In this document: positions 23,104 through 35,879 of the stretch, one piece after another
How positions within the stretch are numbered: the stretch's first letter is position 1
Layout of the letters: each line of letters starts with the position of its first letter
Source: Felis catus
Taxonomy: Eukaryota
Assembly (NCBI RefSeq): GCF_018350175.1
Contig: NC_058368.1
Span: forward strand, 98,830,001 to 98,894,000
Direction: 5' to 3'
Length of the DNA: 64,000 nt
The notes under the pieces: generated by a model
Seen by the model: only the letters and a program-made list of their open reading frames with translations
Told to the model about the DNA's origin: nothing
The model's database searches: none
Position numbers and translations under genes: made by a program

Positions 23104-23267
23104 TCTTTCATTTTTATGTAAAGAAAGTAGAAGTCAATTTTCAAAGTTTAGAAAACATTCTTCATAACCTCCCCCAAATTATATATTCTAGTAATTGTGT
23201 TTATCTTTTATAATCAGCTTATATTTTTCACACTAGCTTTAACAAACATGAAATTTGTCTTTATTTC

Positions 23268-23270
<3 letters not shown>

Positions 23271-23304
<34 letters not shown>
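23271..23304 (+). repeat. (GT)17 microsatellite
   Basis: Read directly. Confidence 0.95.
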
Positions 23305-23311
<7 letters not shown>

Positions 23312-24487
23312 GTGCTCTTTGGCTAAGGAAGTAAGTCTCCTTTTTTGACACTCAGGACATAAATAAGAACATATAATCATTACACATATTCAAATTCTGT
23401 ATTAAGTATCAAAGTTAGCAGTGACTATAAATAATTTGCAATGCCCTTTTCTGACCCTGTGATAATTAATTACTCTTAGAAATAAATATTTCCAGGTAAT
23501 AAATTTGAACTGAAGCCTGTCATAAGATGTTGTGGATAGAAAAAAGGAGTAAAGCATCTCAATCTAAAAAAATCATTAAATATTCCAACAGAGAAGATCT
23601 CAGTATGTCATTGATTGCTTATTGCCTAACAGAAGAGGCATCTTTGAAAAAGCACTTTGATTTTAAAATTCCCATTGTATCTTTTATCATTCCCCTTTAA
23701 CAGTCATGTGGCAAAGTTCAGAGAAATGCAACTAATTGAAGTGGAGATAGAAATGGCTCTAAACAGGCTTAGGGGGTGATCCCACTAGAGAATAAAAAGA
23801 GAGGAGACCGTTTTTAAATTTATGAAAACTGAACCGCAAGTGACTTGGACTTTATTCTTTTCTAACTCAGCAACTGGCAAGAAGGGTTTCTTTGGTTTAA
23901 CTCTGGAGCACGTCTAGAATAGTGATCGGTACTTGGAGATTTTACATTTAATGTTGGTGAGCGTGTCAGCCACAAGCCTTCGAGGTGTGAGGACACTCCA
24001 GTGTTCTTGCTTTGTGATCTTAGTTCCTGAAGATGAAACTTGCTGTTTGACTTTGGGAACATAGGTGTCCTCTCTACTTGGATTCTGGTATTGGTGGCAG
24101 TGCACTGAGGCTGGAGACCTTTCGGGTCCTCTGATCAGTATGCACCTGTCAAAGCCCAATCATCGTTATTGGTGCTAATGTGTGGGCCCTTCAAGCCCGC
24201 TGAGCAGATACTGCAAGTGGAACTTGCTTGTTTGATTCCTTGAATCTGTTCTTCTATAAACACACACACACACTCAGGACTTCTCTTTTTTCTTCAGTTG
24301 TTTAACTGCACTATCATAACACTATACCTGATCTTTGAAAAGAGCTATTTGGGATTTTCGGGGACCTCTAGTCAGAGAAGAATGGTGTGCTTTGAAAGAG
24401 AGGAAGACAGAGAGAAGGTAACGTTTAATAAGCAACCACATTGGGGATCTTACATATGCTGTTTTATTTCATCTTTATAACAACTCT

Positions 24488-24995
24488 TGGCAAAGAAAAA
24501 ATTGCACTGTAGAGGTTTAATAGACAGGGAGGACTTTGTTCAAGACAACCACAGTAGGGGTCAAGACTCTAACAGAGGAAAAGTCTGAAATGTATGAACT
24601 GAAAAGGCAGATGAGTTCTCAGCACTCTGATGAGCTAGTGGAGGACCTTCACCTGGGAACACTGGTCAGTGTGGTGAGACCTCATGTTTTTGCTATTTGG
24701 TGCTTATTGAAACTAGGTTCCCCCCTCCCCACCCCCCTCCACGTCCAGAGAACTGAAAGATAGGGGCACAGGTGGTTTCTTTCTTGATGGTTATTGTTCA
24801 GAAGGATGCTCTAGGTTGAGAAAGATATGCCTGAGTTGTAAAACCAGCAAGAGACTGAGAGAAGTTTTGCACCTCAAAGGGTTTGTAACTGCAAGTTGTT
24901 GTGGAAAGTAAATGCTCTTCTAAGAGGGAGGTCTGTGTCCTGTGGTCAGGAAGAAACCTGTGAAAAGTTGAGGGGAAGTTGAGCCTATCTTGATC
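24488..24995. mobile_element. ERV1-type LTR-like element
   Basis: Resembles recalled MER41/MER4-class LTRs (gactttgttcaagac...aactgcaagttgt...aaatgctcttctaagagggaggtc...tcaggaagaaacctg); boundaries approximate. Confidence 0.45.
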
Positions 24996-25145
24996 CTCTT
25001 TCAGGTAAATGTTTATTCCTCTTGCTACAAAGACACTGGGGCTTGCAGGTGTTTATTTACCCTCAGTCTCCCAGCTGTTAAACTGTGAAGTTTTGACTTG
25101 ACCATAATCCTGATCTGCTCCCAAACCGGTGTTATTTCCCAACAT

Positions 25146-25357
25146 AATTTTTTTAACGTTTATTTATTTTTGAGACAGAGAGAGACAGAGCATGATTGGG
25201 GGAGGGGCAGAGAGGGAGGGAGACACAGAATCCGAAGCAGGCTCCAGGCTCTGACCTGTCAGCACAGAGCCCCACGTGGGGCTTGAGCTCAAGAACTGCG
25301 ACGTGATGCCCTGCTCCGAAGTTGGACGCTCAACTGACTGAGCCACCCAGACACCCC
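25146..25357 (-). mobile_element. CanSINE
   Basis: Full reverse copy; TSD ttcccaa.a.a. Confidence 0.95.
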
Positions 25358-26025
25358 TTCCCAATACACTCTTCAGCCTTGTCAAAATCCCAGCAAGGGG
25401 AGGACCCTGGGCACACGGGAATTGTCAAAGCTTGCATTCTTAAATAGTTTCCTGAAGCTCTCCAGCCCCTTAAGGGAAACGATCATGTCTAAAGAAGTTT
25501 TGTTCGTCTAAAACTATCATATGCCCCACGTTCTCTAGTTTTCACCAATCTGAGTATTTCATGGGCTTAAAAGCAGATGCAACTATAAGTCAAGAGCCAT
25601 GTCATGCGCCTGCCTGTCGTGTTCTACATTTCTAATAAAGACTTCTTACGGGCTGCACATGATTCTCTTGGAGTGTTTGTGAAACAGCTTGAAGAGTGTT
25701 CCCTTTTTTTGCCTCTTACATGACAATCATGTGTGGTACTTAGGAGTTAGGCACCATTTGTGATAAGGGGAAGAAGAAAAGAAGGAAAGTTCAGGAAAAC
25801 AACTATTAATAAAGGGAGATTACTTCACTCAAATCTTGAAAGCAACAAGGTTGTCAGGGGCCCACAAGGGTAAGGGGCCGTTCTGTTGCAGATCCTAATA
25901 AGGATTTGCAGCTGGAAAAGCATCATCTGAGCCCGAAAATTCACATTCCTGTGGCAGGTTGTAAGCCAACAGCCCGGGGAGACTCAAGTCTTCTTCCCAA
26001 TTGGCTAGTGATTAGGTTTTTCCTT

Positions 26026-26212
26026 CTTTAAAAAAAAAAAAAATTAATGTTTATTTATTTTTGAGAGAGAGAGAGAGTTCGGGAAGGGCAGAGAGAGAGG
26101 GAGACAGAATCCGAAGCAGGCTGTGAGTTGTCAGCACAGAGCCAGATGCGGGGCTCGAACTCAAAAACCGTGAGATCATGACCTGAGCCAAAGTTGGATG
26201 CTTAACTGAGGC
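26026..26212 (-). mobile_element. CanSINE lacking its 5' ~15 nt
   Basis: Reverse copy ending at cttaactgag. Confidence 0.9.
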
Positions 26213-27996
26213 ACAGCTTGCTTTTCACTTCTAAGAATGGAAGGAAACATTGAAGTTTGTCGGCACAGGATTAGCATCCCTGAAAATATTTACCAGTTTT
26301 CACTTTAATAACATTACTCTTGATTTATAGTTTGTCAAAAGACAACCATGTTTCTTTCAGGGTTTTTGATGACAGAGAAAGACACCTCTTACCCCCTCAG
26401 TGAAATCTCTTTTTGAATTAAGTGCCAGGGCTATTGACACCTTCATCTTTCCCAGTCCATAAGAAAAGTTTTCCCAGTACTGTAAGAAAAGTTGCTCATT
26501 CTTCCTAGGTTTTAATCTTAGGATAGATGAAAGACAAAACAATCCCTCCCCACCTTTTTTTGGACAATAAATGCATCAAAAGCGTAGAAAATTACAGCCA
26601 AGTGCTCTAATCATGGCTATCAGTTATTTATCTCAACTTTTCCAGAGAATTGGGATTACCAGCTTTTCTTCTGTGAAAAAAGGGTCATTTTCTTTTATAA
26701 TAGTAGTTATGAACTCCTGGTTGGATTTTAAGTGTCAGGCAATGGTTTCCTTAGGATTAGGTTCAGAATATTTTTACTTGAATATGCCAAGATTCTGGTA
26801 ATCCTCAGACAGGAGAAATTAAAAATGCTATTATTTAAGAAATTTTATTATTATTGAGCAGGTAGAGTGGAAAATGGAAAGGAAACACTTGGAATTTTAT
26901 GAGCTACAAGCAGCCATTTTCAAGGACTTTGAACCCAAGGAGGAAGATTATTGTGGGTGTGTAGGAAACATGTCTATTTCAAAAGGATACCAGAATTAGG
27001 CAACATGTACAAGCACCGCTTCAATTTTTTAAGAGTTTGGGGGAAATAGCAGAGTTAAAGAAGGTACATGGGCCTATCAAACACATTTAGTGTGAATTAA
27101 CCTTTAGTTATTGGTATCCACAGGCCCTTCTTAATTGATCATCTGCAAATGATGCTCCTACTTTGCAGTGAGATTCTTCAGGGGAGAATTGGATGATTGG
27201 TCCAAATATCTTCTGCTTTTATTTTCGGTCTTTGGCATTCCTTGTAAAGATGCTCATAATTGTATCTAATATTACATATTATCATCTCTTTCTGGAAAAG
27301 TGTTTACTCAAAAGAAACAACTTTTATAAACACAAACTATCCACATAGGACCCTTTGATTATAACCCTTTGACCTCACAAGCAGAGTGGCCTGATTTAAA
27401 CAACATTAGTTTTGGTGATAGTATGTTTTCAATTTCACAATGGTGTGCTACAAATTGATACATTGAAAGATTTTGAATCTGTACTATTTTTGTCCTTCTA
27501 GAAGCAAATAGAAATTAAGAAATACCACGGTTATCTTGATGTAAGGATACTTTTTCTCTGGTGATAGTAGAGGGTGAATTACAGGTTCTTCCAGGGATCA
27601 TGGTATAAATAACAAGATCTTTGCAATGAAGTTTTCCAGTGCGTGTTTTAGAAGGAAGATTTATAGTTTACATTTCCTTGTACAACTTTGTTCTTGGAGG
27701 TGATTGCTTCAAATGAGCTACAGAATTTGAGTTTTCAAGAAAAATAAACTGTTATTTATTTTTATTTTTAAAATATAATTTATTATCAAACTGTAGAAGA
27801 ATAAACTTTTAAAAGTAAACAGACTACAGAGGGATGGGATATCACTTACTTGGATACATAGCTCAATTCCTTGAACCTTGATTAGTTCTCCTCAATGTCT
27901 TCGTAATCATATAAACATCATAATGACAGGAAGTGCATGATAGCTTGCCCATCTTCTCCCACGTATGCTCAGTCTCATTAAGAGTACACATGTCTC

Positions 27997-28224
27997 GGGG
28001 TGCCGGAGTGGCTCTGTCGGTTGGGTGTCTGACTCCAGCTCAGGTCATGATCTTGCAGTCAGTGGGTTCGAACCCTGCACCGGGCTCTGTGCTGACAGCT
28101 TGGAGCTTGGAGCCTGGAGCCTGCTTTGGATTCTGTGTCTCCCTCTCTGCTCCTCCCCCACTTGTGCTCTGCCTCACTCTGTCTCCCAAAAATGAATAAA
28201 GGTTAAAAAAAAAAAAAGAAAAGA
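27997..28224 (+). mobile_element. CanSINE
   Basis: Approximate TSD aa..gtaca(c/g)atgtc. Confidence 0.94.
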
Positions 28225-28257
28225 AAGGTACAGATGTCCCCAGAGCACTTAGTACGA

Positions 28258-28775
28258 GTATATTTATTTCCATGCTGCCACAGCACGTGACCCTAAACTC
28301 AATGGCTTAAAACAGCACACATGTATTCTATCTCTAGTAATCACAAATCTGAAATGGGCTTCATTGGTCTAAAATCAAGGAGTCAGCAGTGCTGTGTTCC
28401 TTTGTGGAGGCTCTAGAGACAGATTCCTTTGCCTTTCTTAGTTTCTAGAAGCAGCCTACATTCCTTGGCTCATGACCCATTCATCCGCAAAGCAAGCCAT
28501 GGCCAGGTATGTCTGTCCTACATGGTGTGACCATGCCTGTGGCCACATGGACATTGGCTTTTCTGTCTCCTGTTTCCCCATTTAATAGACTCTCATGATT
28601 ACAGGGAGCCCATCTGGACAATGCGAAGTGATTTCCCATCTCAAGGTTGGTTGATGAGCAATTTGTTTTTCATCTGCAATCTTAATTCCCCTTTTCTGTG
28701 TAACCTAACCTATTCATAGATTCCTGCAATCGGGATGTGGACATTTTTGGAAGGCTGTTATTTCAGCCCACCACA
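28258..28775. mobile_element. MLT1 (MaLR) solo LTR
   Basis: aaactcaatggcttaaaacagc...ctaaaatcaagg...ggaggctctag...cattccttggctc...ggatgtggacattttt...ttatttcagcccaccaca. Confidence 0.8.
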
Positions 28776-28922
28776 ACTACAATCATTTTATGTACTTGTT
28801 TACCTGTTTTTAGCTGTTTCCTCCCACTGGAATATTAACTCCGTGAGAATAGTAATCATGTCTGTCTTTTTCACTTGCTCGTGCTCAAATACTGGTTGAG
28901 TGAAGACTGAATACATGAATGG
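28776..28922 (+). mobile_element. L2 3' fragment
   Basis: cctcccactggaatattaactccgtgag...gtgctcaaatactggttgagtgaa...gaat. Confidence 0.6.
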
Positions 28923-29540
28923 AAAAGTAAAACATATCAAACATGCTGTTGGTCAGGGTTTAGGGCACACAACACATATTTCTCCTCTTTGCCCCTGTGT
29001 TAGGGACCATTTGAGATTTCCACACAGGTTCAACTTAAGGATATCGACAGGTCACCGTGATTAGTGGGGGTTGGGGGTCTGGGCCTGTGGTCCTGCAGGT
29101 ATATCTGTTTTGCATTCAAAAGACTCCGCTCCCAAGTCTGAAGCAGTGCCGGACAAAGCCTGGCTTGTATTTCAGGTGCAAACCCTGTAGTGCTCAGGAG
29201 AGAATCTGAGAATCCTGTCTACAGCACAAACACCTGCAAAGAGGACTGGGCTGAGCCAAGTGCGATCCCTGCTTACAAATTCACCTCAAGATCATTGAAG
29301 TTTCTGCGGGGAGAATGAGGGGCCAGCAGACAGGGGCCAGCACTGTCACTCCATGGAGTCCCTCCTGGGGCTGAAGCGAGAGAAAAGGGTGCTGAGTGGT
29401 CAACTTTCATTCAACCACATGTATGGTCTCACGCTTTTGCTTTTGCTTTTTTTTCTTATTGATGAGCTTCTTACTCTATATCAGTGCTCCGTGGATAAGT
29501 CCTGGCTGGGATACTTTCAGGCTCTCGAAAATATATTCTT

Positions 29541-29730
29541 GGGGCACCTGGGTGGCTCACTTGGTTAAGCGTCTGACTTTTGGTTTTGGCTCATATCATG
29601 ATCTCGTGGTTGTGAGATAGAGCCCCAAGGCAGGCTCTGCACTAAGTGTGGAACTTGTTTAAAATTCTCTCTCTTCCTCTCCTTCTTCCCCTTCTTTGCT
29701 CGTGCTCTCTCAAAAAAGAAGCAATTGAAA
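29541..29730 (+). mobile_element. CanSINE
   Basis: Perfect TSD gaaaatatattctt at 29527 and 29731. Confidence 0.94.
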
Positions 29731-29922
29731 GAAAATATATTCTTTAACCCAGTTACAAAAATATACCTACAATCTATGAATACTCCATACTTTATAACTT
29801 GCCTTTGATGGGCCAGAAAACGAATGTCCTGACCAATCTAGAAATGCTTTCAGGTATATAGGGTAATTATCTTTTTGTAGCATAAACAAGAAATATTAAA
29901 TACAAAAAGATTCAGCATTAAT

Positions 29923-30125
29923 AGGGTGCCAGGGTGTCTCAGTTGGTTAAGCGTCTGACTCTTGATTCTGGTTCAGGTCATGATGTCACGGTTTGTGGGA
30001 TGGAGTCCTGGGTCTGGCTCCTTGCTGGGCATGAAGACTGCTTAAGATTCTTTCTCTCTTTTATCTCTGCCCCTCCCCGATGGTGCACACATTTATGTGA
30101 TCTCTCTCTCTCTCTCAAAAAAAAA
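29923..30125 (+). mobile_element. CanSINE
   Basis: TSD aaaaaga(t/c)tcagcattaat. Confidence 0.94.
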
Positions 30126-31159
30126 AAAAAGACTCAGCATTAATTTCATGACGTTTCTAGCTCCCCATTTAAAAATTATAAAATCAATATATAAAATAAT
30201 TATAATATGATACTGTAATAATATATTCCTGGAATTAGAATATGGACATCTTTATGGAGACATTATTCTACCTGCCACAATTACAATTCTTTTAATTACT
30301 TGTTTACTTGTTTTAATCTATTTCTTCCCACTATGGTATCAACCCAGAAATAGTATGTAAGTGGGAAATGGGAATTCAGAATCTTAAATCTTGGAATATC
30401 TGAATTTAAAGCCCATGTAACTAAACCATTGATATTATGGATGAAAATCTGAATGCAAAAGATATCGATTCAGTGGCTTACCCACATTCTCACAGCCCCA
30501 CAGTGGGTCATACCTATAAGTTGGGCTTTCTATTGAGTATTTTTTTTCCCCTCAACTGTGTTGCTAGTGTGTGTCCTTTCTGTCTTGCTTCCTTCCTTTT
30601 TTCCAGTCTTCCTTTTATCTTCTTCCTTTCCTTCCTTTGTTCCCTTTATTTCCTTCTTCCTTCTTTCTTTCTGGCATGTGTTAAAATTTTGAAATAAATA
30701 GTTGGTTGAATTCATAGAATATGGAAAATATGAAAACTGTAACACTTAAGTATATAACTCTACAATAAATAAGAACACATGTAGAAAAATATAAAACCAC
30801 TCAAACACACCTTGACTATAGCAACTAATCTTTTTCTACACAGTTTTCCTACATTAAAGCCCAGATTACATGGGAAAACTGTCCTTTGGCCAAAAATGTG
30901 ATACATTTTCAAGACCTATGGTCTTTCTAGTGCCCCCATGGATTGGCTTTACATACATTATGATTAGAACACAATTATAAAAAGTAACTTTCTGACTGAA
31001 TATCTTGTTTCTTCAGGCAATCAATTTTTTTCTTTGTGCTAACTATGCATAATATTACATGAAACACCAATATTAAGTCCACTAAAATAAATTCCCTAAT
31101 AAATAAATGGCATGTGCTATTATATTTGATGATAAATGTTGAACAACTTGTTAGAATTT

Positions 31160-31592
31160 TTTTTAATTAATTTTATTTTACAGACAGCGTGAGTGGGAGA
31201 AAGGGGTAGAGGGAGAGAAAGAGAAAAATCTTAAAAAAAATTTTGTTTAATGTTTGTTTATTTTTGAGAGACAGAGAGAGACAGCATGACCAGGGAAGGG
31301 GCAGAGAGAGAGAGAGAGAGAGAGAGTGGAAGAGAAAGAATCTGAAGCAGGATCCAGGCTCTGAGCTGTCAGCACAGAGCCTGACTTGGGGCTTGAACCC
31401 ACCAACAGCAAGATCATGACCTGAGCCAAAGTCTGTTGCTTATCCAACTGAACCACCCAGGCACCCCAAGAGAGAGAAAATCTTAGGTGGCAGCCTGAAG
31501 CCCGACATGGGGCTTAATCCCACGATCATGATCCCAAGATCATGACCTGAGCTCAAATCAAGAGTCAGGTGACTGAGCCACCCAGGTGTCCC
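31160..31592 (-). mobile_element. older CanSINE split by a nested CanSINE
   Basis: 3' half at 31160-31232 and 5' half at 31468-31592; outer TSD tagaa(t/g)ttt. Confidence 0.88.
31233..31467 (-). mobile_element. CanSINE nested in another CanSINE
   Basis: Complete element flanked by gagaaaa(a)tctta repeats. Confidence 0.93.
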
Positions 31593-32209
31593 TAGAAGTT
31601 TTATTAAAATCAAACATAGAAGTACAGAGTATAACATATGTAACTGGAACTGATTTAGTCTCTGAGAAGGCAAATGTTTTGATAAAAATACTTAGTTTTG
31701 CCTGAATTGGCCTGTGCTGTGGGATAGAGCAGTTGGTTTCCTGTGTCTAATCTGAAAGCACCAATCTTGTTAAACTATTGAACGCTGAATGCCTTGCCTT
31801 TAAAATAAATTATAGGGCTTTATTATTAGTAAACAAAATACTGAGGAAGAGCCCATGGAAGCTGCTTTGATTTCACTATTTCATATTTATATCTTCTGTG
31901 ACTCACTGTAAAATACATAAACATCCACCTGCATATATTCTATTTATGACATAATTGAGTAATAAGTAAGCTATAAGTGAGTGTTTCTCAAAGGCATTCA
32001 TAAGTGAAAATTGAATGAATATGAATATATACTTCATAGAATATTTAATATGATTTCCATTGAGGAATGTTGTATGTTAATATGTTCTAAATTCTACACT
32101 TTCAATTTCTACATGGTATGTAGACATGTTCTACGATTTCATTTCTGAGCCAGTACCAGATCGTCTTGTGCTATCCTATTCTTATCATGTTAAAAACAAA
32201 ACAAAGTCA

Positions 32210-32430
32210 GGGGCGCCTGGGTGGTGCAGTCGGTTAAGCGTCCGACTTCAGCCAGGTCACGATCTCGCGGTTGGTGAGTTCGAGCCCTGCGTCAGGCTCT
32301 GGGCTGATGGCTCAGAGCCTGGAGCCTGTTTCCGATTCTGTGTCTTCTCTCTCTCTCTCTGCCCCTGCCCCGTTCATGCTCTGTCTCTCTCTGTCCCAAA
32401 AATAAATAAAACGTTGAAAAAAGAAAAAAA
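32210..32430 (+). mobile_element. CanSINE, young SINEC_Fc-type subfamily
   Basis: Diagnostic ttcagccaggtcacgatctcgcgg, ctgggctgatggctcag, gtttccgattc and ctgtcccaaaaataaataaaacgttg. Confidence 0.95.
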
Positions 32431-32817
32431 AAGTGTGAAAGCAGAGGTGATGTATGAAAATCAAAGTACATGAAACTGTTTGGTTTTTTCTTTATTATTC
32501 TTTACCTGTGAACGTTCCAGAAAATGCACTGTTTTTTTTTTTAATTGACTCCTCTTGCCCCTTTCCAACCCCCTTTCAGATGAAGAGTAAAGAGAATAGC
32601 AGGGGAGTGTTTCTATAATGCTGCTTTACTCACATAGACCTTCTTTCCTTCTGGAGTGTAGACCCCGGAGCCATCTTGCTCCCCTCCAACCTGCCATGCC
32701 CCTGGCATGGTTCTTAACAGTGAACTGGCTCTAGGTGTTAGCAGCAGCAGCTATCAGCCAGCCCCCAAGACCGTTCATCTGCATCTCTATCACAAACTAA
32801 AAAGAAAAAGCAGGAGA

Positions 32818-33033
32818 GGGGCGCCTGAGTGACTGAGTAGGTGGAGCGTCCAACTTCAGCTCAGGTCAGGGTCTCGCAGTTGGTGGATTCGAGTTCCATG
32901 TCGGGCTCTGTGCCCACAGTTCGGAGACTAGCGCCTGCTTCAGATTCTCTGTCTCTGTCTCACTCTGCCCCTCTCAGCTCATGCTCTCTCTCTCTCTCAA
33001 AAATAAATAAACATTAAAAAAAATTTAAAGAAG
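32818..33033 (+). mobile_element. CanSINE
   Basis: Perfect TSD aagaaaaagcaggag at 32802 and 33034. Confidence 0.95.
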
Positions 33034-34896
33034 AAGAAAAAGCAGGAGTACCTAGTAACAAGCATATCAGGAAGTATTCCGACGCGAGGAAATGGCAATG
33101 CCAGATGGGCCACTCTAGAAGCCTCTTCTCCATCATCATCCTCTCCCACGTTCTTGCTCCATTTATTCAACGAGTGTTCGTTGGGCTCCTTTTTCATCCA
33201 ACTCCTCAAATCCCTCAACTTCGCTGACTTTGTGACCAGCAGGGATCTGTCTTCTCACCTATGTGGCCCATCCTCTCAGGCAGCATCAGTGACTTCCTTT
33301 TATCTTTGAAGTTAAGTGAATTCTACCCTTTTTTTTTTTACTTTAACTTTTAATACTTTTCTGTTTATTTCCATTGGTAAAACTAAACAAAAAACATGTT
33401 TTTCACTACTCCATAAACAACCAGCAGACACCTGCAGAGCAGGAGCATTCAATCTCAGCATTTACGTGTCCTGTTTTTCTTCCCCAACTCCATCACCAAC
33501 AATAATCCCTTGAAGACACAATTGCTTCTTCCTTGTATCCCCAGTGGCTGGTGTGATTCATGGAAGGAATGGAAGGCTTGATACCTGGTTGTTGGATGAG
33601 TAAGTAGAATGTACAAGTGAGTGAATGGATCATGATTCCTGAGAATTTTCTCCGTACCAGGCAATGTGCTAAGAACGGGAGGTGGGGAATATGGAAATGG
33701 TTCTTGTAATCAGCAAATTTACAGTCTCACAAGAATTTCTGGGCCCTATCACTCACCATTTGACAAGTATTTTGATGGTAAAGTGTTTTTATTATAATAT
33801 AGTAATGAACATCTTACTAAAAATGGTTTTTCTGCACTAATAATTTTGAATTGCTTTCCTGTCATAGAATCCATGGGTCAAAATATATGAACACTTGAAG
33901 CTTTAATTATTCATTAGCTCCTTCCTTTTCATGCAAAATAAGAGACTTATAAGTATTGACATATTTTTGTTTTTATCTTTAGCCAGAGGAAAATGTTGTC
34001 TTTAGGGGAATATTGTAGTCCTATATATTTTATTTCTGGTCAAATAATTCTACCTGACTTTTTTTTTTCTGGTTATCTTTGATCATTTGTTTTTGAAAAC
34101 TTCGAGGGAACTCATGGGGGACCTGACAAAAATAATGATTTGATTAATAAACTCATGTGGGATAGACAGATTTGCATAGAAATCACAAAGCTGTTTCTTA
34201 CACCTGTGTATTGTCAATTTCCTACTTAGCCTCTGGCTGCAAACAACATTTCAATGCTGTCTGTCACATCAACAGGCTCTTTTTGCTTGGTAATAATCTA
34301 GAAAGATGATGACATTTGACAGGAAAAAAAAAGCTGATATGAGCAGTGTGCAATATTTCCTTTGTGAAGAACTTGGTGTAATATCCTTCCTCACCTGGTG
34401 CTCTCTATGACTCCGGGCTCTTTATTTGAAAAATGAACCACACTATTAAGAATCAAGAGAGTATTCATTAAATCTGAATGTCAAGAAGGGAACTTTATAA
34501 GGAACTTTTAATGTTTTATACTTTCGTATCTAAATCAAGATAGAAATAGTAAGTTAGATTTCTTTTTACATTTAACTTGTGCCTTACATTCAGTACTGCA
34601 AATATGAAGGAACAGTAATTGAATATTCTGCTATTTTCTTTCCCTACTCTAGACATATATTGTTAATAAGGCAAAAGCCTTGGAGATTCAACCCATCATC
34701 TTTGTCATACACTAGACCTGCTAGACCCTTGAATATTGAAAGTTGATATTTCAATATTCTGAAAAAGCAGTTGCTTTTTCAGAAATCCTACAAAGTGGTT
34801 GTATTATGCATCAGATGATATTTTTGTAAATTTTTTCTGTTTGGTATTTACCTTCTGCATTGAAACCAGAGTTAATTATTCATTTAAAATATTTGA

Positions 34897-35015
34897 GGGG
34901 CACCTCAGTGGTTCAGTTGATTCAGCATCTGACTTCAACTCAGGTCATGATCTCACAGTTGACGAGTTTAAGCCCCGCATCGGGCTCTGTTCCAACAGTG
35001 CAGAGCCTGCTTCGG

Positions 35016-35057
<42 letters not shown>

Positions 35058-35112
35058 CTCCTCCCTTGCTCACTCTCTCTCTTTCAAAAATAAACATTTA
35101 AAAAGTTTTTAA
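34897..35112 (+). mobile_element. CanSINE with an expanded (CT)n
   Basis: gggcacctcagtggttcag...(ct)n...aaaaataaac. Confidence 0.93.
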
Positions 35113-35129
35113 AAAGTGTATATGAGGAG

Positions 35130-35692
35130 ACCTTGGATTGCAAATGTCAGAAAACTCCAACCAATCAGGCTTTAACAACCAAAAAACATCAATTATCTTA
35201 CATGCCAAGAAGACATGTAACTCCAGAAATGGTGGTTCAACAGATATAATTAATATCATAATGAATATAAGCAAGAAACCAGTTTTTATCCTGTCCTTAG
35301 CATCTCTAGGAAACTCTCTTTACAGTTACAAAATCATTTCCGCGGTTAGAGACATGACATGTAGACTCCAAAGTTCCTGAAAAAGGACAGTGGTCACCTC
35401 CTCCCTGATTCTTTTTTAAAAGTTTAATAAACCTTTCCCAGAAGCCACCCAAAAGGTTTCCCCTCACTTCTCATTGGCCAGTGCTGTGTCTAACACCTAT
35501 GCCTAAAGCAATCACTGGAAACACAAGGGAATTAAAATGTTTAGCTATAATCCATGGTTCACCCTCGACCAGGAGAACTATTACCCTTCCCTAGATAACA
35601 CAGCATATAATGTCACATCTGAAATATAATCAGGACTCTGGAATTAAGTAGTTACAGGGATTCAGCTTTTGGTGGGCAACACAGAGGATGTC
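35130..35692. mobile_element. old MaLR (MLT1J/K-type) LTR
   Basis: ggattgcaaatgtcagaaaactccaaccaatcaggctttaac...ctcattggccag...cctaaagcaatcactgg...gggcaac. Confidence 0.55.
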
Positions 35693-35879
35693 ACGAATTT
35701 AACTAGGTTCTGGCCCTGAAAGATTAGACAGTCTAGTGTGGGAAACGGATAAGACAATAAAGGATTGTTAACAGCACTACTTAACATCTATTGTGTGTAG
35801 CCCCAATAGATGCATGTAAGTGATGTCACGAAGGTGATGAAGAGAAGCATCTAAGAAGGGATAGCTTATAATTTTACTC

